Below, piece after piece: positions 1 to 14,662 of a stretch of 24,000 nucleotides of DNA. Every line of letters begins with the position of its first letter. Within the stretch, counting starts at the first letter, position 1. The translations under genes and the position numbers were made by a program. The notes beneath the pieces were generated by a model, which made no database searches, was not told the DNA's origin, and saw only the letters and a list, made by a program, of their open reading frames with translations. Source of the DNA: Photobacterium sp. JCM 19050 (GTDB lineage Bacteria; Pseudomonadota; Gammaproteobacteria; Enterobacterales; Vibrionaceae); the NCBI GenBank assembly GCA_001310455.1, contig BAXG01000025.1, forward strand, positions 22,676 to 46,675, written 5' to 3'.

Positions 1-2
1 GT

Positions 3-587
3 GGGGCGGTCAGCCATCACCTCAGTGCCAAAGAGGAAGGCCTGGATTTTGTGCGACGTAATATTGATGCCTGGTGGCCGGCGATCGAAGCCGGAGCTGA
101 GGCCATAGTGATGACAGCGTCGGGTTGTGGTTCGATGGTGAAAGAGTATGGGTATCTGTTACGCCATGACAAAACCTACGCAGACAAAGCTCAGAAAGTC
201 AGTGCGATCACCAAAGATCTAAGCGAAATTCTGCTGAATGAAGACCTTTCACGGCTGACACCCTCATCATGTCAGGAAAGGGTAGCTGTGCATTGTCCCT
301 GCTCGCTCCAACACGGGCAGAAACTTCCTGATACTGTTCAATCAGTATTGGAAAAAGCGGGCATTCCGCTGGCTGAGGTTTCGGATTCTCACCTTTGCTG
401 CGGATCTGCCGGGACATACTCCTTGCTGCAGCCCGAGATGAGCAAGCGCCTGCTTTCCAACAAAATCCATGCCCTGACAGGTGACGAACCCGATGTCATT
501 GTGACGGCGAACATCGGCTGCCAACTCCATCTTTCGGAAGGGACAAAAGTGCCGGTCAGACACTGGATTGAACTGTTGGATAAATAA
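3..587 (+). CDS. glcF: glycolate oxidase iron-sulfur subunit GlcF, C-terminal part (5' end lies outside the window)
   Basis: The frame is open from base 3 (GAVSHHLSAKEEGLDFVRRNIDAWWP...), so the GTG at 51 in the ORF track is internal. There are two cysteine-rich CCG-type motifs (VAVHCPCSLQHG, HLCCGSAGTYS) and the ANIGCQLHL tail typical of GlcF. Confidence 0.8.
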   Translation, partial: GAVSHHLSAKEEGLDFVRRNIDAWWPAIEAGAEAIVMTASGCGSMVKEYGYLLRHDKTYADKAQKVSAITKDLSEILLNEDLSRLTPSSCQERVAVHCPCSLQHGQKLPDTVQSVLEKAGIPLAEVSDSHLCCGSAGTYSLLQPEMSKRLLSNKIHALTGDEPDVIVTANIGCQLHLSEGTKVPVRHWIELLDK

Positions 588-693
588 ATATCACCCGGCT
601 GTCCGGTTTGTTATTTCCTGTGCGTCTCTACCCTGAAGACGTTATGCAGGCAACGTTGTAGTGCCTGGATAAATTGCACACAAGGAGATGACA

Positions 694-1080
694 ATGAGTG
701 ACGCCCCCAATGCCATGCAAACCCATGGCGCCCCAAGCTGGATTCAGCACAACAGCGAAAACCCGGATGAAGCCCGGCGCTTCTACCAAGAAGTGCTCGG
801 CTGGAATGTGGAAGATATCCCCATGAAAGCCGGAGGCACTTACCCGGTAATTAAGGTTGGTGATACGCCGGTTGGCGGGTTTAATCCGGTTCCGGAATCT
901 GAACCCGGCTGGCTTAACTACATTACGGTCGAAAGTGTTGACGACTGTGTTGCCCGGGCCAAAGGGTTGTCAGCTAAGGTGCTCAAACCTTGTGACGATT
1001 ATCCGGGCGTGGGGCGCATTGCCGTAATTCAGGATCCGCTTGGTGCTGTGATCGCGTTAATTACGTACGAACAGTCTTAA
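694..1080 (+). CDS. VOC (glyoxalase/bleomycin-resistance fold) family protein
   Basis: Small ~128 aa protein with a VOC-like pattern (EARRFYQEVLGW...GRIAVIQDPLGAVIALI). AAGGAG at 682-687 sits 6 nt before the ATG at 694, so the ATG at 688 from the ORF track is too close to the SD. Confidence 0.6.
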   Translation: MSDAPNAMQTHGAPSWIQHNSENPDEARRFYQEVLGWNVEDIPMKAGGTYPVIKVGDTPVGGFNPVPESEPGWLNYITVESVDDCVARAKGLSAKVLKPCDDYPGVGRIAVIQDPLGAVIALITYEQS

Positions 1081-1254
1081 TTCAATAGCTTTAATCCGCC
1101 ATTTGCCCGGGCTTTCTACCTGATGGGGTGAAGTCTGGGCCCTTTTACGTTCCGTTTTTTCTAATAAAACAAACTGGATAAAGAATGGGACGCTGGCCGG
1201 ATTACCGCCCCACTATAGTGAAATAACAGGGAGTAATTTACTCAGGAGAACAGG

Positions 1255-1605
1255 ATGAAATATGCATTGCTGATATACGGAAGCGAACAGTTTGTCTCTG
1301 AAATGAGTGATGAAGAAGGGAAAAAGATGCTTGAAATGCACCTTTCTACGCGTGGGAAAATGGAAGCCTCCGGGGAGTTTGTAGGCTCTGCCCGTCTTGA
1401 ACCCACGCACGATGCCATCACAGTCAGTGCAGATGAAGACGGCTACCCCTTGGTCACTGACGGCCCGTTTGCAGAAACCAAGGAACAGTTTCTTGGCTAC
1501 TACGTTGTGGAGTGTGAAACCATTGAAAAGGCAGCTGAATATGCGAAAGGGCTGCCGCTGAAAAATCACAAAGTGGAAGTACGTCCGATTGGCTGGTGTC
1601 TGTAG
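1255..1605 (+). CDS. YciI-family (DGPF domain) protein
   Basis: 116 aa, begins MKYALLIYG and contains the DGPF motif (LVTDGPFAETKEQFLGYYVVEC). AGGAG lies 6 nt upstream of the ATG. Its stop is immediately followed by the sigma factor start. Confidence 0.8.
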   Translation: MKYALLIYGSEQFVSEMSDEEGKKMLEMHLSTRGKMEASGEFVGSARLEPTHDAITVSADEDGYPLVTDGPFAETKEQFLGYYVVECETIEKAAEYAKGLPLKNHKVEVRPIGWCL

Positions 1606-1606
1606 G

Positions 1607-2833
1607 ATGGTGGGTTCTGAGCAAATCGGAGACATTCTGGCGCACTCCAGACCCCGGTTGATTGGTACGCTTTACCGTCATCTCGGTGATTTTTCTCTTG
1701 CGGAAGATGTCTGGCAGGAAGCTGCGCTCAAGGCTTTTTCCCAATGGTCGGAGAATGGTTTACCCGATCATCCCGACGCCTGGCTGCTGACTGTTGCCCG
1801 GCACCGCGCAATAGATATATTTCGTCGCGAAAGCCGGATGGTCACCCTTGATGAGAGTGATGAATGGAAGCTGCCGGCAACGGAAAGCAGCGATGAGGCA
1901 GCCATTTACCGTGATGATATCCTCCGTTTGATGTTTATCTGCAGCCATGAGTCTTTGACAGCAGAGCAACAGGTATTGCTCGCCCTGAATGCGATTGCCG
2001 GCTTTCCTTCCCAGACGTTGGCCCGTGCGTTTATGACGTCGCATGCTGCGATGGAAAAGCGTCTGAGCAGGCTTAAAAATGCAGCATTTCAATCGGGCGC
2101 ACAATGGGATGCCCCCTTTTTGGACTCGCGTAGGCAAGGGGCGGTGAAAACGATGTTGTACCTGATGTTCAATGAGGGGTACGGCGGCGTAGAGAGCGAG
2201 CAGGCGATTAAAATTCGCATTTGTGAACAGGCGATTGATCTTATTCGCCTGCTTAACACCCTTTGTCCAGAGCGCCCGGAAACGCAGGGCTTGCTTGCGC
2301 TTTGCCTTTTTAGTCACAGCCGCCGTCATGCCCGGTTAGATCAGAATGGTTGTTTGGTGTCACTGGACAAACAGGATCGCAGCTTGTGGGATGGGGCAAT
2401 GATCTCGGAAGCTCACTCTCTGGTCCAACATGCCCTTACCCAAAGCCAGCCTGGGTACTACTTGTTGCAAGCCTGTATTTCAGGCATTCATGCTACGGCC
2501 CCATCGGCAGAACTGACTGATTGGAAAGAGATTCTTTTATTATACGATTTGATGGAAGTGCGTTATCCGTCACCGGTGGTTTCATTAAACCGCTCGGTGG
2601 CCTTGGCGCATGTTGCTGGCCCAGAACGTGCCTTACCTTTGGTTACGGGGTTGGCCACTAAATTAAAGAACTACCCATATTATTATTCGACATTAGGTCA
2701 CTTGTATCAGATGAATGGTGATTTAAATAGTGCTAAAAATGCATTTTTATCCGCAAGGGAAGTAGCTGTGAATAAAAAGGAAATTAATTACCTGGACATG
2801 GAAATAAATAAAATCAAAAACTCTGTCATATAA
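1607..2833 (+). CDS. ECF-type RNA polymerase sigma factor with a long C-terminal (TPR-like) extension, ECF42-like
   Basis: Sigma-70 region 2 (DVWQEAALKAF...AWLLTVARHRAIDIFRRE) and region 4 (LTAEQQVLLALNAIAGFPSQTLARAFMTSHAAMEKRLSRLK), followed by ~220 aa more. Pairing with a DGPF/YciI gene is the known ECF42 context. The ATG at 1607 directly follows the YciI stop; the track's TTG at 1589 is an alternative start. Confidence 0.75.
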   Translation: MVGSEQIGDILAHSRPRLIGTLYRHLGDFSLAEDVWQEAALKAFSQWSENGLPDHPDAWLLTVARHRAIDIFRRESRMVTLDESDEWKLPATESSDEAAIYRDDILRLMFICSHESLTAEQQVLLALNAIAGFPSQTLARAFMTSHAAMEKRLSRLKNAAFQSGAQWDAPFLDSRRQGAVKTMLYLMFNEGYGGVESEQAIKIRICEQAIDLIRLLNTLCPERPETQGLLALCLFSHSRRHARLDQNGCLVSLDKQDRSLWDGAMISEAHSLVQHALTQSQPGYYLLQACISGIHATAPSAELTDWKEILLLYDLMEVRYPSPVVSLNRSVALAHVAGPERALPLVTGLATKLKNYPYYYSTLGHLYQMNGDLNSAKNAFLSAREVAVNKKEINYLDMEINKIKNSVI

Positions 2834-2877
2834 TGGAATTTATTTCATATGCAATTCAATATTATGTTTTCTTTAAA

Positions 2878-2898
2878 AAACACGAGTTCTTCGTGTTT
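2878..2898 (+). terminator. stem-loop downstream of the sigma factor gene (possible terminator, could work in both directions)
   Basis: AAACACGA (2878-2885) pairs with TCGTGTTT (2891-2898) around loop GTTCT. A6 lies upstream, and the T-tract forms part of the stem. Confidence 0.35.
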
Positions 2899-2983
2899 CA
2901 ATTTATCCATGCAAAAAGTAAGGGTTTGTAATTTTTGGAGATAAGTTGACCATGTGGATATGCGCGTAATGATATGAAATAGA

Positions 2984-3009
2984 TACAAAAATGCCGGAAA
3001 TATTCCGGC
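2984..3009 (-). terminator. rho-independent terminator on the minus strand, about 300 nt downstream of the MCP stop
   Basis: GCCGGAA (2993-2999) pairs with TTCCGGC (3003-3009) around a 3-nt loop. On the minus strand it is followed by ATTTTTGT. Confidence 0.5.
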
Positions 3010-3304
3010 AAACGGATAGGTGAGCCACATATGCGCTCTTAAAAAACGTAATTAAATCGAATTACAGTCGGATTATAATCCTAAATTCAAGTTTGACTGT
3101 TTCAGATTTAAAACACTAGAAGAAAAAGAATCTGACTGTCTTGTTTTTCTGATGTTTTATTTATTCTTTGCTTAAGAAAATATATAAGCCACCTGATTGT
3201 TTAATATCTTAATTTTGATGTCAGCATAAATTTAGCTTTCGTCAATCAAAGTGAATGTAAAGTTGCGTAAATACGAGTCGCAATTATCTTGGTTTTCCTT
3301 CGTT

Positions 3305-6231
3305 TTAAATACTGGGCCAGTACGTGCCGTCATCCTCGTCGAAGGATTTGACCTGACCGGGAGATGATGTTTGAAGAGTGTTTACGGCAGACGACTTATT
3401 CCTGCGTTTTTTCTTACTGCTTTTATCTGATTTAGAGATGCCTTTGTTGCCCTTGTCACCTTTGATGACAAAGAAACGCACGATTTCGCTCATGTCTTCC
3501 GCCTGGGCCAGCATTGTTTCGCTGGCTGTGGTGGCTTGTTGTACCAGCGCGGCATTTTGTTGTGTCATGGCATCCATACGGGCGATCACTTCATTGACCT
3601 GTTCGATACCGACACTTTGCTCCTGTGCGGCACTGGAGATTTCGAACATTTTTTTCTGCACTTCTTCCACGGTATTCACGATTTCTGTCAGCGTTGTTCC
3701 AGACTCATTCACCAAAGATGCTCCCCCTTCCACTTTCAGGTTGCTGTCTTCGATCAGGTCTTTAATTTGTTTGGCTGCTGACGCTGACCGCTGGGCAAGG
3801 TTGCGGACTTCCCCTGCTACGACAGCAAACCCCCTGCCTTGCTCACCGGCTCGGGCCGCTTCGACTGCGGCGTTAAGGGCAAGAAGGTTGGTTTGGAAAG
3901 CAATTTCATCAATCACGCTGATGATATTGGATATTTTGGCGCTGGCCGTACTGATATCTTCCATCGCATTGATGGTTCGCGAAATCACCTCGCCGCCTTC
4001 GCGGGCTTTGATGCTGGCAGCTTCGCTGAGCGAGTTTGCGGAAAGCGCGTTTTCCGCGCTTTGCCGCACGGTACCCGTCATTTCTTCCATGTTTGACGAT
4101 GTTTGTTGCAGCGCAGCTGACTGCGCCTCAGTTCTTTCACTGAGGTCCCGATTTCCGGCAGCAATTTCGTTAGATGAATTGGTCACGGTGGAGGCATTTT
4201 CGCGGATAATGGCGACAACTTCAGTGAGGCGATCGCATGTGCTGTTGGCATCGTCTTTGAGCTGACCCAACCGCCCTTTGTAATCACGTTTTATTCGCTT
4301 GGTCAGGTCACCGCGGGCCATGGCACTGAATATTCGCTGCATGTCGATAACGGCTTCTTCGATGGTAGAAGACAGGTTGTTCAGTCCGGTGGTCAGGGTC
4401 AGGAAGAAGCCTTCTTTGCCCGCGACTGACACCCGTTTGGAGAAATCGCCCTGACCGGCGGATTCAATAACCTGATCGATTTCTCTCTGGATCCCCACTT
4501 CTGCGGTGCGATCCGTCCACTCCACGACCGTACCCAACCTTTCGCCTTTTTTGTTGAGGATTGGGTTGCAGTGAGGCCCATGATAAGGCTGCCAACTTCG
4601 AATTCCGTATAATGTGTATCGGTCAGTTGGCTGAGGATTTCCCGCTGTTTTTCTGGTCTTTGGTGGAAGAGGTCAACGGATTGACCGAGGATATTTGCCG
4701 CATCAAAACCCGGTATCATTTCGGAAAAGTCATCACAAGACTCCTCCATCATATTCAGGGATGCCCGGTTGAGGTAGATAATTTTATGGTCCGCATCGGC
4801 GATCATGGTGTTGGTGGAAACATTGTCGAGCGCTTGCCTTACCCGGGCATTTTCTTCTGCAATCAACTTGGATTTTTCTTCCGTTTCTTTTTTGTTCTGC
4901 TCAATACGTTCCACGTTTTCGAGTGAGGTGTTAGTGGCTTCCTTGATATCGAGCAGGTCACCCCGGAGTTCGGCATCAATTCTCTGGCTGAAATCTCCTT
5001 TTGCCAGGCTTTCCATGACCTTTTTGATTTCTTCTACCGCAGTTTGGGTGGCTTCCATCAGCGTGTTGACTGCCTGCGCAGACTGACCGATTTCGTCTGA
5101 GCTGCGAACGTTAACCCTGACGCTGTAATCCCCTTCCTTGACGGCTCTTAACAGGTTTCGGGTGAGATCAGTGATGGGTACTGTAACGGAACGGGTAAAG
5201 AGAACGGCGATGACAATAACAGCGATGACGGCGATGGCGATAACCATACCAATTTGCTGCCTGAGTGTTGCACCGGGGCAAAGGCTTCTGCTTCATTGAC
5301 CTGGGCGATGAGCGCCCATGAGTAGTTGCCAAAGCGGACCGGCGTGTAGGCCGACAATACCTTAGTGCCAAGGTAATCGGTGATCACGGCGTCACCGGTT
5401 TCCCCCTTTATCGCGGCGTTGGATGCGTCAGTATCGACGGAGCCATCAGACGGCGACACAAAAGACGCCAGTACAGAATGGCTGTCCGGTGACCGGAAAG
5501 AATCCGAACGCATCAGTTGTCCGGGCCGACCAGATAGGTTTCTCCGGTGCTGCCCATCCCGGTACGCTTCGACATGATGGTATTGATGGCGTTCAATGAA
5601 AGTCGGAGTACCGCGACAGCTTCGATTTCGCCTGCAAGGTTACTGACAGGTGCGGCAACAAACGCAGCAGGCTCACCATCCAGTTCTATATACCGTGAAA
5701 AGTCCTGAACCTCAGTCCGGTTGCTGTCCAGCACTTTACGCCAAATCTGGGCAAGGCCACTTTCAATAAAGTCAGCGTGGTTGAGGTTGACACCAAGGTC
5801 ATCATTGCGTGTTGCCGTATAAATAACGTGCCCGTGGTCGGCGGTGATGATGTACAGATCCTCGTAGCCGTATACATTGACATAATCGAGCAGGTTATCA
5901 CCGCCATTCCATATTTCGTCATACCTGGCAGTGTCTGTAAAAAAGGCGTCATCACTTAAGATTTCTTCATCGTTTTCATAAAACTTAAGTAGCCGGCGCA
6001 TTTTTTTACATCCTCACTGCCGGCAAGGATTCGGATGTCATTGAACGCCCGGTTGAAGTAGCCATCAATCTGACTTTTCTTTACTTCCCGCATACTGACA
6101 AGCTGGGCAAATGCCTGGTCTTTAAGTGAGGCACTGGATTGTGAGAGGGAAATTTGCCCGATAAAGAGGACGGGAACCAAACCGACAATCAGGAAGATAA
6201 GTAGCAGCTTGGCGCGAATTTTCAGGGTCAT
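3305..6231 (-). pseudogene. methyl-accepting chemotaxis protein (TM, dCache-like sensor, TM, HAMP, PAS, HAMP-like repeats, MA signalling domain), with the frame broken by 4 single-base deletions (pseudogene or assembly error)
   Basis: Five consecutive minus-strand ORFs (6231-5956, 6001-5513, 5513-5148, 5247-4399, 4537-3305) join into one ~976 aa protein. It starts at MTLKIRAKLLLIFLIVGLVPVLF (ATG at 6231). It carries the MA signature EIAFQTNLLALNAAVEAARAGEQGRGFAVVAGEVRNLAQRSA, a second TM (MVIAIAVIAVIVIAVLF) and a PAS-like segment (NTMIADADHKIIYLNRASLNMMEE). Each junction shifts the frame by exactly one deleted base. Confidence 0.9.
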
Positions 6232-6446
6232 AGTTGCCTGCTCCGTTGCCTGAAAGTGACTGTACCGGGCGCTAGCTTCACCAAATGTGCAGAGCAGCCT
6301 CCTGCCGACGGATGTCAGGCGAGGTGCCTTATTTGGCACATGTGAAACTTTTTTAATACATGCAGTTTTCAGTGTAGGAAAGATTCGCAGATGTGCTTTC
6401 CGGGTTACAGGATCCGCAAAAACAGAGAGATAGGAAATCCGTGACC

Positions 6447-6474
6447 TTGACAGGTGGTAAATTTTAGTAAAAAT
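6447..6474 (+). promoter_or_regulatory. candidate sigma-70 promoter for ebgR
   Basis: Perfect -35 TTGACA (6447-6452), a 16-nt spacer, then AAAAAT (6469-6474; TAAAAAT from 6468), about 100 nt upstream of the ebgR ATG. Pattern match only. Confidence 0.3.
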
Positions 6475-6573
6475 CGCTAGAGTGATTTTGAGTTTTACCA
6501 AGGATTTCTTTAAGGGAATAGACCGCCCGGATGGCTTTCACCAAGAAAAGGCGCTAAAGGGTTTGGAGGATAA

Positions 6574-7571
<998 letters not shown>

Positions 7572-7590
7572 AGCTTTGCTCAACCAACCC

Positions 7591-7616
7591 GCCCGCCATT
7601 TGAGCGGGCTTTTTTT
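7591..7616 (+). terminator. rho-independent terminator after ebgR
   Basis: GCCCGC (7591-7596) pairs with GCGGGC (7604-7609) around loop CATTTGA, followed by T7 (7610-7616). Confidence 0.75.
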
Positions 7617-7849
7617 GTTTCAGGCGTCATAGTTCCCCCTCTCATTGGCTTCATTCTGTTCCCCTCTTCGTTATCCGAAAGCTATAACACGTTCTGAATG
7701 TGCTTGTTTTAACTGATTTTATTGAATTTTACCTTTATTGAAAAACATGATGGTGATCGCCTAAATTCAGGCGAATCCGGGTGTATTTTGCCGAGAGCTT
7801 CACAGGTTAAAACAAGGCCATGTGATCAAGTTAAAAAAGCAAAATTTAA

Positions 7850-11472
<3,623 letters not shown>

Positions 11473-11479
11473 AGCCCTT

Positions 11480-11501
11480 GGTGCCGGTTAACGCCGGTAC
11501 C
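11480..11501 (+). other. intercistronic stem-loop between ebgC and the permease gene (no U-tract)
   Basis: GGTGCCGG (11480-11487) pairs with CCGGTACC (11494-11501), including one G-U pair, around loop TTAACG. No T-run follows, so it is probably not a full terminator. Confidence 0.25.
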
Positions 11502-11508
11502 TGATTAA

Positions 11509-13019
<1,511 letters not shown>

Positions 13020-13048
13020 TAAACCCGATAGTTGTTACCCCCAACGTT

Positions 13049-13073
13049 AAGTCCGCTCCGGCGGACTTTTTTT
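13049..13073 (+). terminator. rho-independent terminator after the permease gene, between convergent genes
   Basis: AAGTCCGC (13049-13056) pairs with GCGGACTT (13061-13068) around loop TCCG, running into T7 (13067-13073). Confidence 0.75.
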
Positions 13074-13109
13074 GTTGACGTGTAAGTTGGAGAGGATGGT
13101 ATAAAACAT

Positions 13110-14053
13110 TCATACCTTGGTCTGGACCGGTTCGATAAGTTTTACGCCGTGCCAGAAAAGATAAAGCGTCAGTACGTAAGGTGCGGTAAAGGAGGGCAAC
13201 CCATCCGGTGCCATCAACACATTGATAGATCCCTGCAAGATCACTGTAGTAATGACGGCGATCAGGGTGAATCCCATGCTTCTGGCTGACGCTTGGTAAA
13301 CACGGCGCCAAAGGCAACGGCTGTCAGTACAGGACTGAACCCGTACAAACCGGTACTGACTAAATCCGGTTTCCCGCCCAGAAACAGTGCGACCACGATG
13401 GCAACCACTGAACCGACGCAGGCCGCAACCCCCACTCGCCATGAGCCGATCAGCATTCCCATCAAAACGATGATTCCGCAGACATCTGGTGATAACAGAA
13501 AAACCTGTCCGATGTTTTTAAAGAAGATGCCAGCCAGTTCACCGAGATGGGGATGATGGTAGCACCCGATGTGTAATCCGTGGGAAGTAATGGTTTGGGA
13601 AACATGTCGATATTGAGATGGCCGAAATTGTAAACCGACACCATAAACAGCCATCCACAAAGTACGAAAGGCCGGTAGATGCAGGGATGCCCCAGGTTTT
13701 GGTGAGTGTCTGGTTAAAGGCTCGCTGGACGAAAACGGTCATTACCGCTCCGACAGATACCAACAGCCACAACTCTGCTGATGACGTGACGAAGGTCGGT
13801 AAGACAGCTCCCATCAAAAGCCCGTTGAAGCCATAGAGCCGGCCTTGATTTTGGTTTCATCAATATTCAGTAACTTAGCGGTGGCTGTGGAAATGGAAAC
13901 CCCCAGCAAAGCGCCGATACTGGAAAGCCAATTTCCTGAAAAATAAGACGCATAAAGCATTGCGACCATGAAAAATAAGCCGGTAAGTGAATTTTCAATA
14001 AAGAAAACCTGGCTGTATCCCCGTAAACACTGAACTAAGAAATTATCTCGCAT
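13110..14053 (-). pseudogene. urea transporter (UT) family protein, with the frame broken by 4 single-base deletions (pseudogene or assembly error)
   Basis: Five minus-strand ORF pieces join into ~315 aa: MRDNFLVQCLRGYSQVFFIENSLTGLFFMV...AG|LYGFNGLLMGAVLPTFV...TWGIPASTG|PFVLCGWLFMVSVYNF...ELAGIFFKNIGQVFLLSPDVCGIIVLMGMLIGSW...TGLYGFSPVLTAVAFGAVF|YQASARSMGFTLIAV.... The duplicated (Y/I)xQVF(F/L) and GLYGF motifs are typical of the UT family. Confidence 0.75.
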
Positions 14054-14556
14054 TATAAAATTGCCACGTCGTATTAAATATAAAGGTGAAGGAAGAATGG
14101 GCTTTCCTATTTAAAAGGGAAAACCAACTATCTCTCTTCAAAGTGTTTTTGTGGGTTTTTATATTAAAATCATAAAATTACGTCGTTCATTGAATGGCGA
14201 GAAATACGCATGAGTGACGATCATATTATTTGTGAGATGCATGATCAAATTTGAGTTAAACAGACTGAGTTAAGTAGGTTTATTTTACATTGATGAATAT
14301 TTCTAATTGCCTTTTTAATGTTAATCAATAATCAATGGGGAATTAATTAATGATAATTGTAAAATAAAGGTGTTAATAACAACGACTGAATGAAACACCG
14401 GTGTCTATGAACGCAACGCATTGGTGCTTTGCGATTTCATCAACACTGAAACCTGAAGAGCATCACTTTTGGGGTGGGATTTGAAATCGTTTCCAATCGG
14501 GTTGAAACAGAAGTTCTATAGTGATCACAAAAAGGTACAAATATTCTATTTTAATC

Positions 14557-14584
14557 TTGTTGTGAAACATTAATTTCATATAGT
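14557..14584 (+). promoter_or_regulatory. candidate iolD promoter with an operator-like palindrome filling the spacer
   Basis: -35 TTGTTG (14557-14562), palindrome TGAAA-CATTAA-TTTCA (14563-14578), -10 TATAGT (14579-14584), about 80 nt upstream of the iolD ATG. The iolC promoter has the same layout. Confidence 0.45.
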
Positions 14585-14662
14585 GGCTGAAAAGAAGCGT
14601 GGAGCGGATCGACACTTTTTGAGCCGCACCTGATAGGACATAGCGTATTTCGGAGTTTGGAT

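Noticed and set aside
2845-3030. A 61-aa minus-strand ORF in the AT-rich spacer
   Set aside because: It spans two hairpin/terminator elements, has no SD and is AT-rich with no recognisable similarity. It is most likely spurious.
3378-4265. A 295-aa plus-strand ORF, plus other plus-strand ORFs, within the MCP gene
   Set aside because: It is antisense to the MA signalling domain, whose Ala/Ser-rich repeats typically leave the opposite strand open. The translation is a Ser/Ala/Leu/Cys-rich string without domain features.
5956-6501. An N-terminal extension of the MCP (the ORF track starts at 6501)
   Set aside because: The 90 residues before MTLKIRAKLL have no MCP-like features. The ATG at 6231 precedes a typical TM1 and has GGAG about 11 nt upstream. 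The extension would also run through the ebgR promoter region.
14054-14250. A guanidine/ykkC-type or other riboswitch in the leader of the urea transporter gene
   Set aside because: I could not find the conserved riboswitch core sequences or a convincing multi-stem fold in the minus-strand leader. The region is simply AT-rich.
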